The translations under genes were made by a program, and so were the position numbers. Below the pieces are notes generated by a model. It was given only the letters and a program-made list of their open reading frames with translations, did no database searches and was not told the DNA's origin. Below are positions 12,681 through 25,166 of a DNA stretch of 64,000 nt, one piece after another; position 1 is the first letter of the stretch, and each line of letters opens with the position of its first letter. Source of the stretch: Camelus ferus (Eukaryota); assembly GCF_009834535.1 (NCBI RefSeq), contig NC_045696.1, forward strand, positions 95,232,001 through 95,296,000, given 5' to 3'.

Positions 12681-13506
12681 ACCGGGTCTGCTCCCTCCCC
12701 TAGCACAGCCTTCACCTCCCTGCCACCAGTGCAGCCCCACTTCCATTTCTGGTTATCCTTGAAGGCATCTTTCTCCTTTGCCTTCAACCCCAGCAGTGAG
12801 ACTCCATCAGCTCACAGTCAAGTTAGAATCTCTTTTAATGAACTAATTCACACAAAGCCTCTAGGGGCCGAGGATGGCAAATTTACAGTCCAGAGGGAAA
12901 AAAACACTTATCCAGGAGCCAGGGAGCCCTGGGCTCACGGAGGCTCTCTCACCCACCAGCTCTGCAGCCTGACGCAGGTGCTCAACCTCCCAGCCCAGAC
13001 AGCGCCTTCCTTTGTGACACCATACCCAAGTAACGGGACTCCTGAGGGGCTATGAGAAAGCTTTCCCGGTGCCCAAAGGCAGGATCAACCAATGCTCATT
13101 TCTCTTTTCATTAGGAGACTGGGCATCTGTATTTTAAAAGTGGCGGCTACTAAATGGGAATCATTTTCCTGGGTTAAACTGGATGATGAGAGGGGCCCCC
13201 TTCACATGTCACTTTCTGTGGACATTTTCTCTTTCCCTTTCTCTTCCTTCCCCCTCTTTAACTTTCTTGCCAGGTAGGAGAAACTCATGCTGGTGAATTC
13301 AGCACCTGTCAGATTGTATTACAGATAATTTCTACAAGTCTGTCTGTCCTTCGAGATTAAGAACTTGCTAAAGACAGGATGAAATCTAACTTAGCAACCT
13401 CAGCATTTTTAGTAAATATTTGCAGAATGAATAAGCAATTTCGGAGACAGGAGGGCATTTCCAGTACCCCTATCACACCACTGAGAGAACACTGTAAGGC
13501 TGAAGC

Positions 13507-13653
13507 CAGTGGTCCTTAATCATGGCTGTACATTATAAATTAAAAATTCTTATACCTAGCCTCCACCCCCAGAAATTCTGATTTAATTGACCTTGGCTGC
13601 GTCCCAGGAAAGCTCTCAGACAATGTGAATGACTGCTACTCTGAGGACCACTG
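13507..13653. mobile_element. MER5A-like hAT MITE with intact terminal inverted repeats
   Basis: CAGTGGTCCT (13507-13516) and AGGACCACTG (13644-13653) are exact inverted repeats. Internal ccccagaaattctgatttaattg is MER5-like. Confidence 0.8.
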
Positions 13654-14089
13654 ATTAGTCTCTATATACTAACACACATTCTCATTTACACATCAATCAC
13701 AACCCATTCCGTGGTTCTTTTAAACCCCTTGTTTGCCAGTGACTTCAAGATAACCGCTAATGTTACCTGTCAGCTAACTGATCCTTCTTGCTTCTAAACT
13801 GTCTGTCTCTTCACAGCTCCTTCCCCAGACAGTGGGAGAAAGGGCGCTGGGGCAGGGAGTGGCGTGAAAACAGCTACTGCCCTTTGTTCCCTTGGGCATA
13901 GGTCTCGGGCACACACACAGACACAGGCGAAAGGGAGAGCAGAACGGGACAAGGGATTCACTGTCTCCTAATCTAACCTAGAAAGTAAGCTAGATGACGG
14001 GATGAATGGAGGAGGCAAAAAAAGTAAAAGAAAATAAATAAAGAAGTGATCCTGCCTTGAATGTGCTTTACAACAAATCTTAGTATCGT

Positions 14090-14665
14090 CCAGAATAACT
14101 CATTTACACATTTATTCACCAACCATGTGGTGAGACCGCGCACGTGCTGAGGGCTGTAGGGCAGCGGACACCCGAAATGAATCGGACACGTGTTCTTCGA
14201 AGGGAAATACAGGCACGCACGCAAACAGCTGGAATACACAGACAGAAGACAAAGAGGGTCACAAGGGACACGCAGATACAGAGCTCTTACAGTTTGAAGG
14301 AAAAAGAGAACATTTCCATTTAGAAAAATCAGACCGTAGCTTTGAAGAAGAGGTAGAATTTATACATGATGAGTTAGAATTCTAAGATATCCAGGTAGAG
14401 GAAATAGCATAATTGGAAACATCAATGACAAGAAACAAGTATGTAATAAGAGCCATGGAAATAAGTTTGAAAAGCAGGTTGAATCTAGCTTGGGGAGTTT
14501 AAAAACCTAGTTATAGATTGTCTGCTTCCTTCTGCAGGCCAGTGAGAGCCACTGAAGGGGGCCGGGAAGACATTTGCAAAGCTGTGTTTCATGAATTGGT
14601 CAGACAGGAGCTCCAGAGGGGACATCAATTAAGCAATGATGTTAATGGTCCAGGCAAGAGCTAAC
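14090..14665 (-). mobile_element. L2 relic
   Basis: cattcatttacacatttattcacc... and gtgagagccactgaaggg...atggtccaggcaagag match antisense L2. Confidence 0.65.
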
Positions 14666-14699
14666 ACAGACCTGATCCTTTTCCAGCTCATCATTCCCG

Positions 14700-15170
14700 A
14701 TCCCTTGATCCCGCGTTTTCACAACCTTCCGCCCTTCTCTTCTACTGCACACTCACCTGCACTCTCTCTGCCGGCCCCCGGCCCCCTCCTCAGTCATACT
14801 AAACTAAACTACGTTCAGTCCCTTGTACAAGATATCACTTTGTCCAGGCAGATCCAGCTATTCGAAAATACTGCGTCCCCACTCCTTCTTGTTTGGCCTG
14901 GCTAATTTCCAGTCAGTTAGTCCCCAGTTAAATGTCACCACCCCCAAGAAGTTTTCTTTAAACTTCAAGTCTGCTTAATGCTCATTTAGCTGGTTCCAGA
15001 GCATTCATTACACTTTATCATAATTGCTTGTCAGTTGCTTATTTCCTTTACTAGACCAGGAATGACGGTAAAGATCACGACTGTTTATTTCCCAGTTGTA
15101 TTCCCAAAACAAGAACAGCTAGACTAGTGGCAGGCTCATAACGGGTGTTGACTAACGGAATGAGCAAACA
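14700..15170 (+). mobile_element. L2 relic (3' region)
   Basis: taaatgtcacc...tttatcataattgcttgtcagttgcttatttcc...actagtggcaggctcataa...ggaatgagcaaa. Confidence 0.65.
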
Positions 15171-17259
15171 GATAAAGGAGTCTTATGCAGCAGAATGTAT
15201 ATTAAGTCATTTACATATAATACATGTACAGTAGACATATAATATGCATACAGATATATTAACTGTATGTCTGACTTCTAAAATACACCTAGAGCAGTGC
15301 TTGCTCAAAACCTAGTAATGTTTTGAAAATGTACTTATTGATTTGTATTTATTGACTAACTGCCACATTAAGCTTGATTATTTTCCAATTTCTTGCAACT
15401 TAATAGCAACTTTCTGCTTCAATAAGTAGTCCATTATTCTATGCTTTATTGTTTCCTTCATACCAAGATAAAAACTGGGCTCCACACTACAGCCACATCA
15501 GAAAAGAGCAAATTAAATTAATTAATTAATTAAAAAATAAAAGAATTTCTTAATTAAAAAAAAAAGAGCAGTTACTGTAATTTGGATTGCTCAGATTAGA
15601 AAATGTTACTTAGAAGTGTCAATATGGTAGGTAGCTTGGCAAAAATTCTTAAAAGCATTGCTCAAGGGATAACCAATAAAATGAAACTAAAAAAAATTTT
15701 TTCCTGTTGTAATATTTTGTTGTTAGAATAACCACTTTACATTTTTCCTGTTTTCACAAAAACCAAAAGCAATAAAAAGCAAAGTTCACGTTTGCCTCAT
15801 TTTATTCTACTAGTAGCCGATATTGATCATTTTCATGTATGTTTTCTGAATGTGACACATTCCTTTACAATATTTGAAAATAATAATCTTACGAACCACT
15901 CTAAGAGAATCCTATAATATCATGAAATCAAACGTGAAAGGCCCTTTTAAAAATTAAAACAAATCAGGCTAAATTGGTGTAGTCAATACACTAACATGAA
16001 AAAATACGAATCAGGATATAAGCCTACTTTCTAAAAATTCTTCCAAACTATTTCAGTGAATCTAATGTGATTAAGTTCCAAATTATCCAACAGATATAAA
16101 GTCTCCACATGCATATATTTTTAGCTATTTCTGAAATTATGCTTGCTTTGTTTTGTTTCCTTGTTAACACTTGTATCTGTAAGTCAAGACTAATTTCAAA
16201 TTTTATTTAAGAAGCTGTGGTTTCTGATTTACAGTAAATTTCTCTTGCACTGTAAGTGGGGCAACTATTTTTGGTTCAATTGTTTTGATTTTGTTTTGTT
16301 TTGTTTTTAAATAAATCGTGGTCTGAAAAGTACCATTTAGTAAAGAAGTTTGTTTTTTATAATAATCTCTGGAAGAGAAGAAAAGTGGCTGATAATCAAA
16401 CGGACTGATTATGCAAACGAAAAGTAATTCCTTCTAAAACCAGTATGCAGAGTTATAAACTGCCAGGGTTTTGCTAAAGTATACTGGCTTACATGGGGCA
16501 GGGGGGCAGGTCCCCCCACTCACGCAAGTGAGTCAGTGAGATTACCGGAGCACATATAACACACAGCAGGGGAAGATTTATAATGTGTTAGTCAACGAGG
16601 TTATTTTGGGGAAAGATTAAACAGAGTACCATGAAAAGACCAGGAAATATTTTAAATAGAGTCAAGTAAAAGTTTACAAATTATCAATAGCCTTATTATT
16701 TATGCTTAAAATATGTTATCAATCATTTGAGTCTGAGCAGGTTGCAAAATGCCAATGTCCCATCTCCCAGATATCTTCTGAAGCTGGGGACCTTTCAGAT
16801 GACATCACCCATTTTTAACAGCACATGTAACAGTCCTGCCAACTCACTGTTTATTGTGGGTATACTTTCTGTCATGTTTCCAATAATATATTTAAACACA
16901 TGCCATACCCACTGAGTTTCTCTTTAGTATATTTCTGAGTCCACTATATAAAAATATTTGTTAATTTCACAATAGACCATTTCTTATACCTCATTTTTCA
17001 TGAATAAAATACTCTGCTCACACAAATGAACAGATGGTTCATTAAAACAAACATATAACTCCCAAACTTTCTTTTTGAGAATTTTAATATATGTGTCTCT
17101 TTTACCTGATTCCCTATCAAAAAAAGAAAAGAAAAGGCAGGATGGGGCAGACCATAAATCATCACATAGGGTATATTTTAGAAAGTAAATGCCATGAAGT
17201 GTACTGTGACACCAAGGGGGACAAGTGCGGAGGGAAACAGCCCGGGAGCGAGGCACTGT

Positions 17260-17430
17260 CACAAACATTTTCAGTCAGCCTCACAATGACCATATTGATA
17301 ACTGGCATTAACTTCATTACACTGATTTGGAAATGAAGGTCCAAAGAGGTTAAATGACTTGCCCAAGATGATAGAGGTAGTGAATCAAGTCTAAGTCTCA
17401 AATCCAGCTCTGATACCAAGACTGAGGATT
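17260..17430 (-). mobile_element. MIR relic
   Basis: gaaatgaaggtccaaagaggttaaatgacttgcccaagatg is an antisense MIR core. Confidence 0.75.
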
Positions 17431-18214
17431 CTGTCCTCCGTAACGCTTCTCAGGAATCCAAGGAGCCAGGGAGGCCCTCCCAGGTGGAAGGGCAGCAAGT
17501 CCCACCACACAGGTGGGAACCTCAGGCTGCTTGACAGACAGGAGTAAGCCAGACCGGCTGCAACAAAGGCTGTGTCCAGGACAAGTTCAGAGAGTTAAGG
17601 TGAGGTATGTGGAAGTAACTCAAATGCCTGGTTGAGAAATCTGCATAAGCAAAGATATCCATCCCCTGAGTGCCTTTGCTGAGGCCTGCCTGAATTGCAG
17701 AAGACACTGCACAGTGAAGATTGCCTAAGTCCTAAGGATATAGAAAGACTGCACTAAGTTCAAGTGTGGTGACTGTTCATCTAGTTATATGGTTCCTAAA
17801 GACACAAGACAGAACAGTTGCACTAAACGGTTCACGTGGGTCAGCACTCACACAAATGTCCTCCGTGAAATTTATTACATTACAAAACGGCAGAGAAGAG
17901 AAACTAGACCTAAATGATAATCAGGACTGTTATTTGATATTTGAGCTTAAGGTAATTTATATTACCCTATGAAGAAATGAAAATGTATCTAGTCATTCTG
18001 TTAAACCTGAAACAATAAGATATTTGCTTTGCAATCTTAAATTTATAAAAATAAAAACATTTCCCATAAAATAAAAACTACTTATCCATTTTTAAAAACA
18101 AATTATGAGCATAGTAGTTAAATACAGGGTAAAGAAATTAACTATGGATGATGAGGAGGGAAAAAAATTACCATTTATTGTCTATGCCTTTCCAGACAGA
18201 ACAGTGAACATAAT

Positions 18215-18550
18215 CTATTCAACTGAAGCCCTCCCCGAGCCAGGCTCCACCTGACACTGCCCCTGTTTATTCTCCTCACAGCCCTGGTCACACCTGCAAC
18301 GATGCTGCTTATTTATGTGCTCACTGCCCGACAGACTGCACGAGGGATGTAAGATCCATGAACGTGGGGCCTCGCTTCCCCTAGCTTGGAGTGAGCCAGA
18401 GTGTTGAATAAAGGAAAGAACGGATCTCACATAATCCTCCCAACAATTCTGGGATGGGGAATACTGAGAACACCGTGCCCCTCCCCCTTTGCAGACGAGG
18501 ATTCAGTGATTCTGTGAAGTTAAGTCACTTGTACAAAGTCACAGAACAAT
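18215..18550. mobile_element. L2 3' end (+) followed by MIR (-)
   Basis: ctgtttattctcctcacagccc...cagactgcacgaggg...gttgaataaagg, then tttgcagacgaggattcag...gttaagtcacttgtacaaagtcacag. Confidence 0.7.
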
Positions 18551-19479
18551 TAAAGTGATGGATATGTACTGTATAAACAAATTTGGCAGGCTATGTTTAG
18601 AACTAAAATAATATCAAGTTGAAATTCAAATAGCCAGTGGTGTTTACAATGCAGCCCCCCCCAAAAAAACCAAAAACAAAAACAAAAACCCCTCTAGAGG
18701 ACTCCTTTCATTGTATATAAGCACCGAGTCAGTCAGACAGACTTCTCAGAGCTGTCACCACATTACACATTTAGTTATACTATGGATTTCACACGAATTG
18801 ATATGACATTTTGCAAGTCATAAACAAAGTTGCCTATGTTACCCTTTGGGAAAAACTCAATTTTGCTCCAAAGTATTTGTGTTGCCACTATAAAGGTCTC
18901 AGTGTGGTTCTCACTTTGGAGGAAATTGTGAAGAAAATCTAGCCGATAATCTTGGTTTTAAAAGCTGTAGGTTCATCTTGGAAAACCATGTAGGATGAAC
19001 TGAATGTCAGTGATAAAAAAAACAGATTCATACTAAATTGGTTACTCTCAATAACTGTTTGAAAAGCTCTATAAATTAGACACCATTTTTCAGTGAGATT
19101 CTTAGAAAAAATTATTTAAAACAATTTTATACCTCCTACTAAAAGTGATAATATCTATGAGGGCTGAGAAAGAAATGACTCCTCTGAGAAAACAATTTCT
19201 ACAAAGAACTGGGGAACTACGTATAACATTCAAATTCACTCTGCCAACCACTGCACATACACAGGAAAGAAGAAACTGTATCCACAGTTTTGCTAATATC
19301 CTTTTTTAACATCTATCTATTAATAAATATATATTGTGTATCTATTAGCTTATCATCATGCTGGATAATACATGATAGAGAAAGAAATAAAAAATGGAAC
19401 TCTAATTAGTAAAGAGAGCTGGATATAGGAGACATGGGTGGGAAACAACCTTAAGAAGAGACATAAAGTTGGGCTAACA

Positions 19480-19680
19480 TGGTCGAAGGTTCTTCTCTCG
19501 GACCTGACAGGATGCGCGCTCCAGTCTACCACTCATTCTCTTGAGGAGGTAAGTCGGTGGCTTTCTTACCTACTAGGTCACGAGGGTTCCAGGGTTCTAG
19601 CTCGTTGCTGCCATTTTGTGGCAGTTCACATCCGGCAAGTGAAAGGGTTGGAATTACGGTGCCCATTAAATGTACTCTGG
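19480..19680. promoter_or_regulatory. CpG-retaining promoter-like element with YY1 and ETS-like motifs and opposed 5' splice sites
   Basis: Minus strand: CCGGATGTG (19635-19627), CAAAATGGCAGC (19618-19607) and TAG|GTAAGA (GT 19569-19568). Plus strand: GAG|GTAAGT (GT 19549-19550). About 9 CpGs in ~180 nt. Confidence 0.45.
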
Positions 19681-21839
19681 GACCTGGGATCAGTCTTGAA
19701 CATCAAAATATCCCCTAGGAAAGATTCTAGCTGCAAGATAATTTGTGATTCTAACCTGCGTAACAGATTTAAAAGCTATCCAATGACCGTGAGCTCCTTC
19801 CATGTGAATTCTAGTGGGAACACAAGAGTGTTGCTTTCCAGGATCTCAGAGCTCTGCAGGCACACGTGGAGAAGGGATTTGAGGGAGAGAGGATGCAAGA
19901 CAGGGAGACAGACCAGTACGTGTCAGGTGGGGAGAACAGGGATGTTTATGTACAGGAGTTCTGTTAACTCCCTGCGGCATCTGGGCAAGAGATTGTGGGC
20001 TCCTTTTAGAAGCTACCTCGAAGAGTTAAGGCAGAACCACTCTAGACACTTAGGATCTAAGGGAATCAATTGTATATTGCATTAAAATGCTGGAAAATTC
20101 AACAGGCCATCTGCACAGGCATGTTTCCTGTTAAAAACAGAAAAAGGGGCTTTGGGATTTTCTACTCAGATGAGTTCTCAGGAATATTTTTGCATCTTTT
20201 ATGAAGTTTCCCTTACATTACTGCAAAAAGTGGGAGTAGCTACCTTTCATAAGAACGTGCGGGTATTGGCAAGGTACGGAAATATCCTGAAAGGCTGCTT
20301 TTATAATGTATGTTCCTTCTTCATGTGTATCTTTCCCACCCCAAGATGATGGCTCACCCAATTACGGCTATTACATAATTGTGCCAAATATAGAAAAGGA
20401 TTTGTTAAGAAGAAACTCTAAAGGAGAGATACATTATTCAAAAATTAAACATGAACGCTTTGAATGTTTTGTTCTCGTTGCTACTTAACAAAGGCAGAAT
20501 TTCTGGGGCAGTTGTTTACTCAAAGAGGCAGAAGTAGGAGAAGTATGCCAATTTTCAAAAGCATTCCATTCATTTTTTGAGTTTTGACATAGCACATAAA
20601 ATGTAAATATGTACAGAAAGCTCGCTCTGTTGAACTCTGCCCCCATTACCACCACTAAAATGGGTCTCATGTCAATTTTAGCTCTCAATTTTTATCTCAG
20701 AAAGATGCTCAGAAATTTTTAATAGAAGTATTATGTAACAATAAGAAGTGAACTGCATATTAATATGGATACAACGTTACCCAAGTATTTAAAAAAACAA
20801 AAAGCCCATCTTTAGGGACCACTTGTTGATATTTCTGTTCATGGTTCATTATATGAAGAGAAAAGAATGCCATTATTTGCTATTTATAAATCTCAACTGC
20901 CTCTCCATAATATAAACTTTTTTTTCTTTTACAAAATGACAGGACTTAATGATGCTCCCTGTATTCATAACCCATGCTCAGTAAAAGAAACTCTTAAAAC
21001 GGTTTGCAATTCATTCAGATGATAGAAGCTAAGAGAGTGCCAATAATTTATCATCAATTCCCTGCAAACTCAGTCCTTCCCACCAAAATAGAATTGGAAA
21101 GCGTTCATAAGAATTTGTAAAATGTGCTTCCATATGAGTTGGGGTGGGAAGGGGATAGACAAACAGATAACAGCAAGCCTGAGGCAACGGTATGCTACTT
21201 CTCACTGCTGCCAATTAGGAACTCAGCACTTTGCTGATCAAATTTGATTTTTCATCTCTCATGTATACTCTGTTTTTCATCTTAAATTACCCCAAGGTGT
21301 TTTGTATAGGAAGAATCACTGCAATAATGTCTGGCATGTGTTTATCAGAATGCCGCACCAACAGAACCACGGCAGGCAGGAGCTAAGCGCGCCAGGAATA
21401 AGGAAGAACCCAAAATTAGGTCCCCCACTAGTCAGCTTTCCTCCCCAACGTCTTCTGGAGCTGCAAGAAGAATTTTGGTTCCCCTTGGGATTTTCAGGCA
21501 AGTTGTATGAACCAAGTTTTCAGATGCAAATGACAAGGTCAAAGAAGGAAGATTTACAGGTATGAGAAGCTGGAAGAAGAAATGGAAATGTGGGAAGAAG
21601 GTCAGAAATTTGAAGGGTAATGTCAGAAATCTATGAAGGGAAGCTTAAAAGGTTACATAACACATCTGCTGCTAGCTAGGGAGACTTCATACTTCAAACT
21701 TGGAACCGTCATTATCCATTCTAGGAAAGGTGTCATTTCTCCAAGAAAGATCACCTTTATATGGGTAATATTATACTGTGAAGTTCCTTTAAAACTGATA
21801 AAGGAGTCCGTGTTTAATAGTGGGAGTTCAAAATGCAGA

Positions 21840-22055
21840 TAGACACATTCAGGTTGAAAGTCCAACTCTGCCACTTACCAACCCTCTGACCTTGGGGGTA
21901 CCACTTACAACCTCTGGTCCTCAGTCAATAAAACGAGAACAACCATATTATCTACCTGATAATGTGATTTATGGGGATTCAAATGAAAATTTACGTAAAG
22001 CCAATATCTAGCACCTAGAAAACACCAGTGGAGTGTAGTTGTTGCTCTTGTTATT
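21840..22055 (+). mobile_element. MIR relic
   Basis: ccaactctgccacttaccaaccctctgaccttgg...ggggattcaaatgaaaatttacgtaaagcc. Confidence 0.75.
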
Positions 22056-23684
22056 TTAGCTTGATTTGTTAGATGAAAGCTTTCCAGTCTCTCTCTCTTT
22101 CATATGAGTGCATTTTGAGGGCCTCCGTTCACCGTTCTGGTAAGCGAGGCCTGTGCCGCTCCAGGCTGCAGGACAAGGGCATTCCTGCCTGTGCCCGGTG
22201 ACCCTCTCCCTGAATCAAGAATTCCAGTATCAGTGTTACTGCAACTTGGGTGCGCTTCTCCCCTACAAGAGAGAAGACACGGCATTTTATTTCCAAAAAC
22301 TTATCTCAGACTAAATCACCATTTATGTGTGTGTGTGTGGGTAGAAAGAGAGATACATATACGAGAGATGAAGACATATTTATGGATATGTGTATATACA
22401 GAGAGATGCATGTATATACATACATAAAGGGCACATATGGAGATTAATCCCCATTCAAGGTCTATGAAATACGTCATGTGAACTTGGCAGGATTAAATAA
22501 AAGTAAATTAGGCTCTAAATCAGAAAAAGTTCATTATTAATACTTATTAATATCTACATTCATCTTTTCCAGTAAGTCAGGAATTACTCTACCACAACTC
22601 CACCTTCCTCCCTTGCCCTTACTTTAGAGCATAATTCATGTAATAAAGGTTTCTTTTAGTTAGTGAATTCATTTACTTGTATATCTGTGTAAACAGTTTA
22701 CATGTAGATGATCAGATTATCATATTAGTACTTAGTGGACACCTACAGAATATCGTCAATGACGTTTTTGCATTTCCAGCTCTAACTTCAACTGCTAGGT
22801 CCCTGAACCCAGAATTACTGGTCCTTTCCCAGAAAATTCTGTGCCTGCTTCTATCTAACCATCTTCCCATAGTGTACCTAGTCATACACCTTCCAGGTTG
22901 TAAACCCTGGACCGGATGTAGGGAGGCAGATGTAGGAATGGAGCTGTGCATCGGAAGCACCCACAGCCAAGAAAGACGCGCTTAGGACAGGAGCTGAGGG
23001 TAGAGAGGAGGTAAAAGAGAGGAATGTTCCTTCACTCAGTCATGAAACTTGGACTTCTAGAATGATAAAAGCTGAAGAGCTAAAAACTATATCTAATCTT
23101 TGTTAGATTTTTTTTCACTTTTAAAATTCTATTTCTATAGCACTGATATAAAAAGACCCTTGATAGTTTAAAGCTTGACTATGTCCTCTAGGCCTTTGTA
23201 AATTCCTCGACACAGAAATGCCCCACTTCATCAGAGCTGCTGCTCATGTAAAGTCAACAGGACACACCGTGGTGGGCGGCTGGCCAACTAGGTGCCCTCC
23301 CCCTCCCCAACTGAGGCATCAAGCTCCCTCACAGCATGGGACTTGCAATTCCACCCAAGCACCAATACAGTCAATTACATGTGATGAATCTTTGGGACTG
23401 TTCCCAAATATTCAAAAACTACAAGAATATATGGGGTCTACTGAAACCCAACTGGCCCATAAAACAAGGTTCAGGGCTTGCAGCTCAGAGAACATACAGC
23501 ATCGTACGGGGAGTTGTAGGCCATCTAATTTCTATTTTTACTTTTCACTTTTCTTGTTCATTTATGGAATGGCCTTGATAAGCTGAGTTATCTCTCTTTA
23601 TATAAGTTAATAATACCCTTTTGATCACTTTTCTTAGGCTACTGGAGATAGTCAAATCTATCCCCAAAGCATGCATGTATTTGT

Positions 23685-23765
23685 GTGTGTGTGTATATAG
23701 GTATATATGTGTGTATGTACATATATACATAAGTGTACATATACATATATACACACCGTGCATAT
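23685..23765. repeat. Mixed (TG/TA/CA)n simple repeat
   Basis: tgtgtgtgtgtgtatataggtatatatgtgtgtatgtacatatatacat... Confidence 0.85.
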
Positions 23766-25152
23766 AGATAGCAGGTACATATAATTTGTTTTCTATATAA
23801 ATGTAATTATAAAGCTATGAGAATTATAATCGTTTAGGAAACATATGGATTAGAAGGGTACACTTGTATTTTTATCAAGGTAAGGCTGAACTGTTCAGAC
23901 ATAAATGCTTTCTGTGACTTCTGATGAAAAGAACAAAGTCATTCATTAACCAAAAATGCAATGAGAACAGTTTTAAGAGACAAAGATGATATATGAGAAA
24001 GGAGCACTTTTACAGAAAATCTGCAATAGTGAGGAATAATTAAAAAGAGTGACTAAACATATTTTGGTTCTGACTATATGAAGTCACAGCTTTGAAGGAG
24101 GAAATATACAGTATCACTTTACTCCTTTCACATTTTAATTTTTAGAAGACAAATTTAAAATTGCAAGTCTTCAATGTAGACAATTTCTTTCCTTCCAAGG
24201 ATCTGCTGTTAGCTTTCGTTTAATAACAGTTTTCACATTCAACACCAACTGCATTGCTGTCTTGTACTTGGTACAGGGTTATGCTACCGCAGTGATACAA
24301 AAATAGCAAAGGCAAAAAAAAAAAAATACACAGCAGACTGGAATAGCTTAAAAATTGAAACTTTCGGATAAAGCTCTCTGAAATAATTATAATAGATAAC
24401 AGCACCTGATTCTTTGCTATAAAATAGTTCTTCCTTCATTATATAATATTAAAATTACCTTAGGGATTCACATTTCTTTCTCTCTAGACCTATAAACTAT
24501 TAAAGTTAGACTGGGTCTCAGAAGAGTTCAAAATGCAAGCTGCACTGGCCTGCTGCGTCTGTTTACTTCATCTATTTTTATAACACTGCGGTAGCCAAAT
24601 CCAACTTACCCAATACCTGCTTCAAAATTCTGCACCACATTGATTCAAGAGATAAAATTTATGAGAAGCAAGCTGCAAATTTTGTCTGTGTCTAATAAAT
24701 CAATCTACTCTATACTATGACAGTCAAGGCCATATAGAACCACAGATATACTGTTTTAAAAGTCTGAACCCTAGCCCCAAAGGATTTAAATTTTTTGCAC
24801 TCTGTTCGGCCAGGTAAGACAGTCGCCACCTTCACCTTTGTGAAATAACAAACACACACGTTGCTATTCTTAGTTTACAAGCCTGAATGTCTGTACCAAT
24901 CCTCCTCAGCTGGTTTTTCGACACTTAACAGGGTGTCAGGAAGGAGGTATCATCTCTACAGCAACCTACTACACAAGCATAATATAGTTAGATTATTTAA
25001 TAAAATAAATCCTTGACCGTGAACATCGTTCATGCCAAAGAACAATGTCCAATCTAACTTTTAGTTTGTGAAGCATTTCTAACAATTTTCAGTGTACCCA
25101 AGAAAAATAAGCTTGAGAGTACTGACAGAATGGGATTTGCCAATTAAAAGTT

Positions 25153-25166
25153 GTTGCCATAGAAAC
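25153..25166. promoter_or_regulatory. RFX X-box motif
   Basis: GTTGCCATAGAAAC is a near-perfect match to the 14-bp palindromic RFX consensus GTTGCCATGGCAAC. Binding not shown. Confidence 0.4.

Noticed and set aside
16519-16534. Hairpin ACTCAC-GCAA-GTGAGT with a GNRA loop
   Set aside because: A 6-bp stem is expected many times by chance in 64 kb.
19438-20085. Longest ORF in the window (215 aa, + strand)
   Set aside because: No recognisable domain and needs a non-ATG start. The 3' half runs through an antisense L2-like fragment (~19840-19950), and a perfect donor interrupts it at 19549. Likely a chance frame in locally GC-richer DNA.
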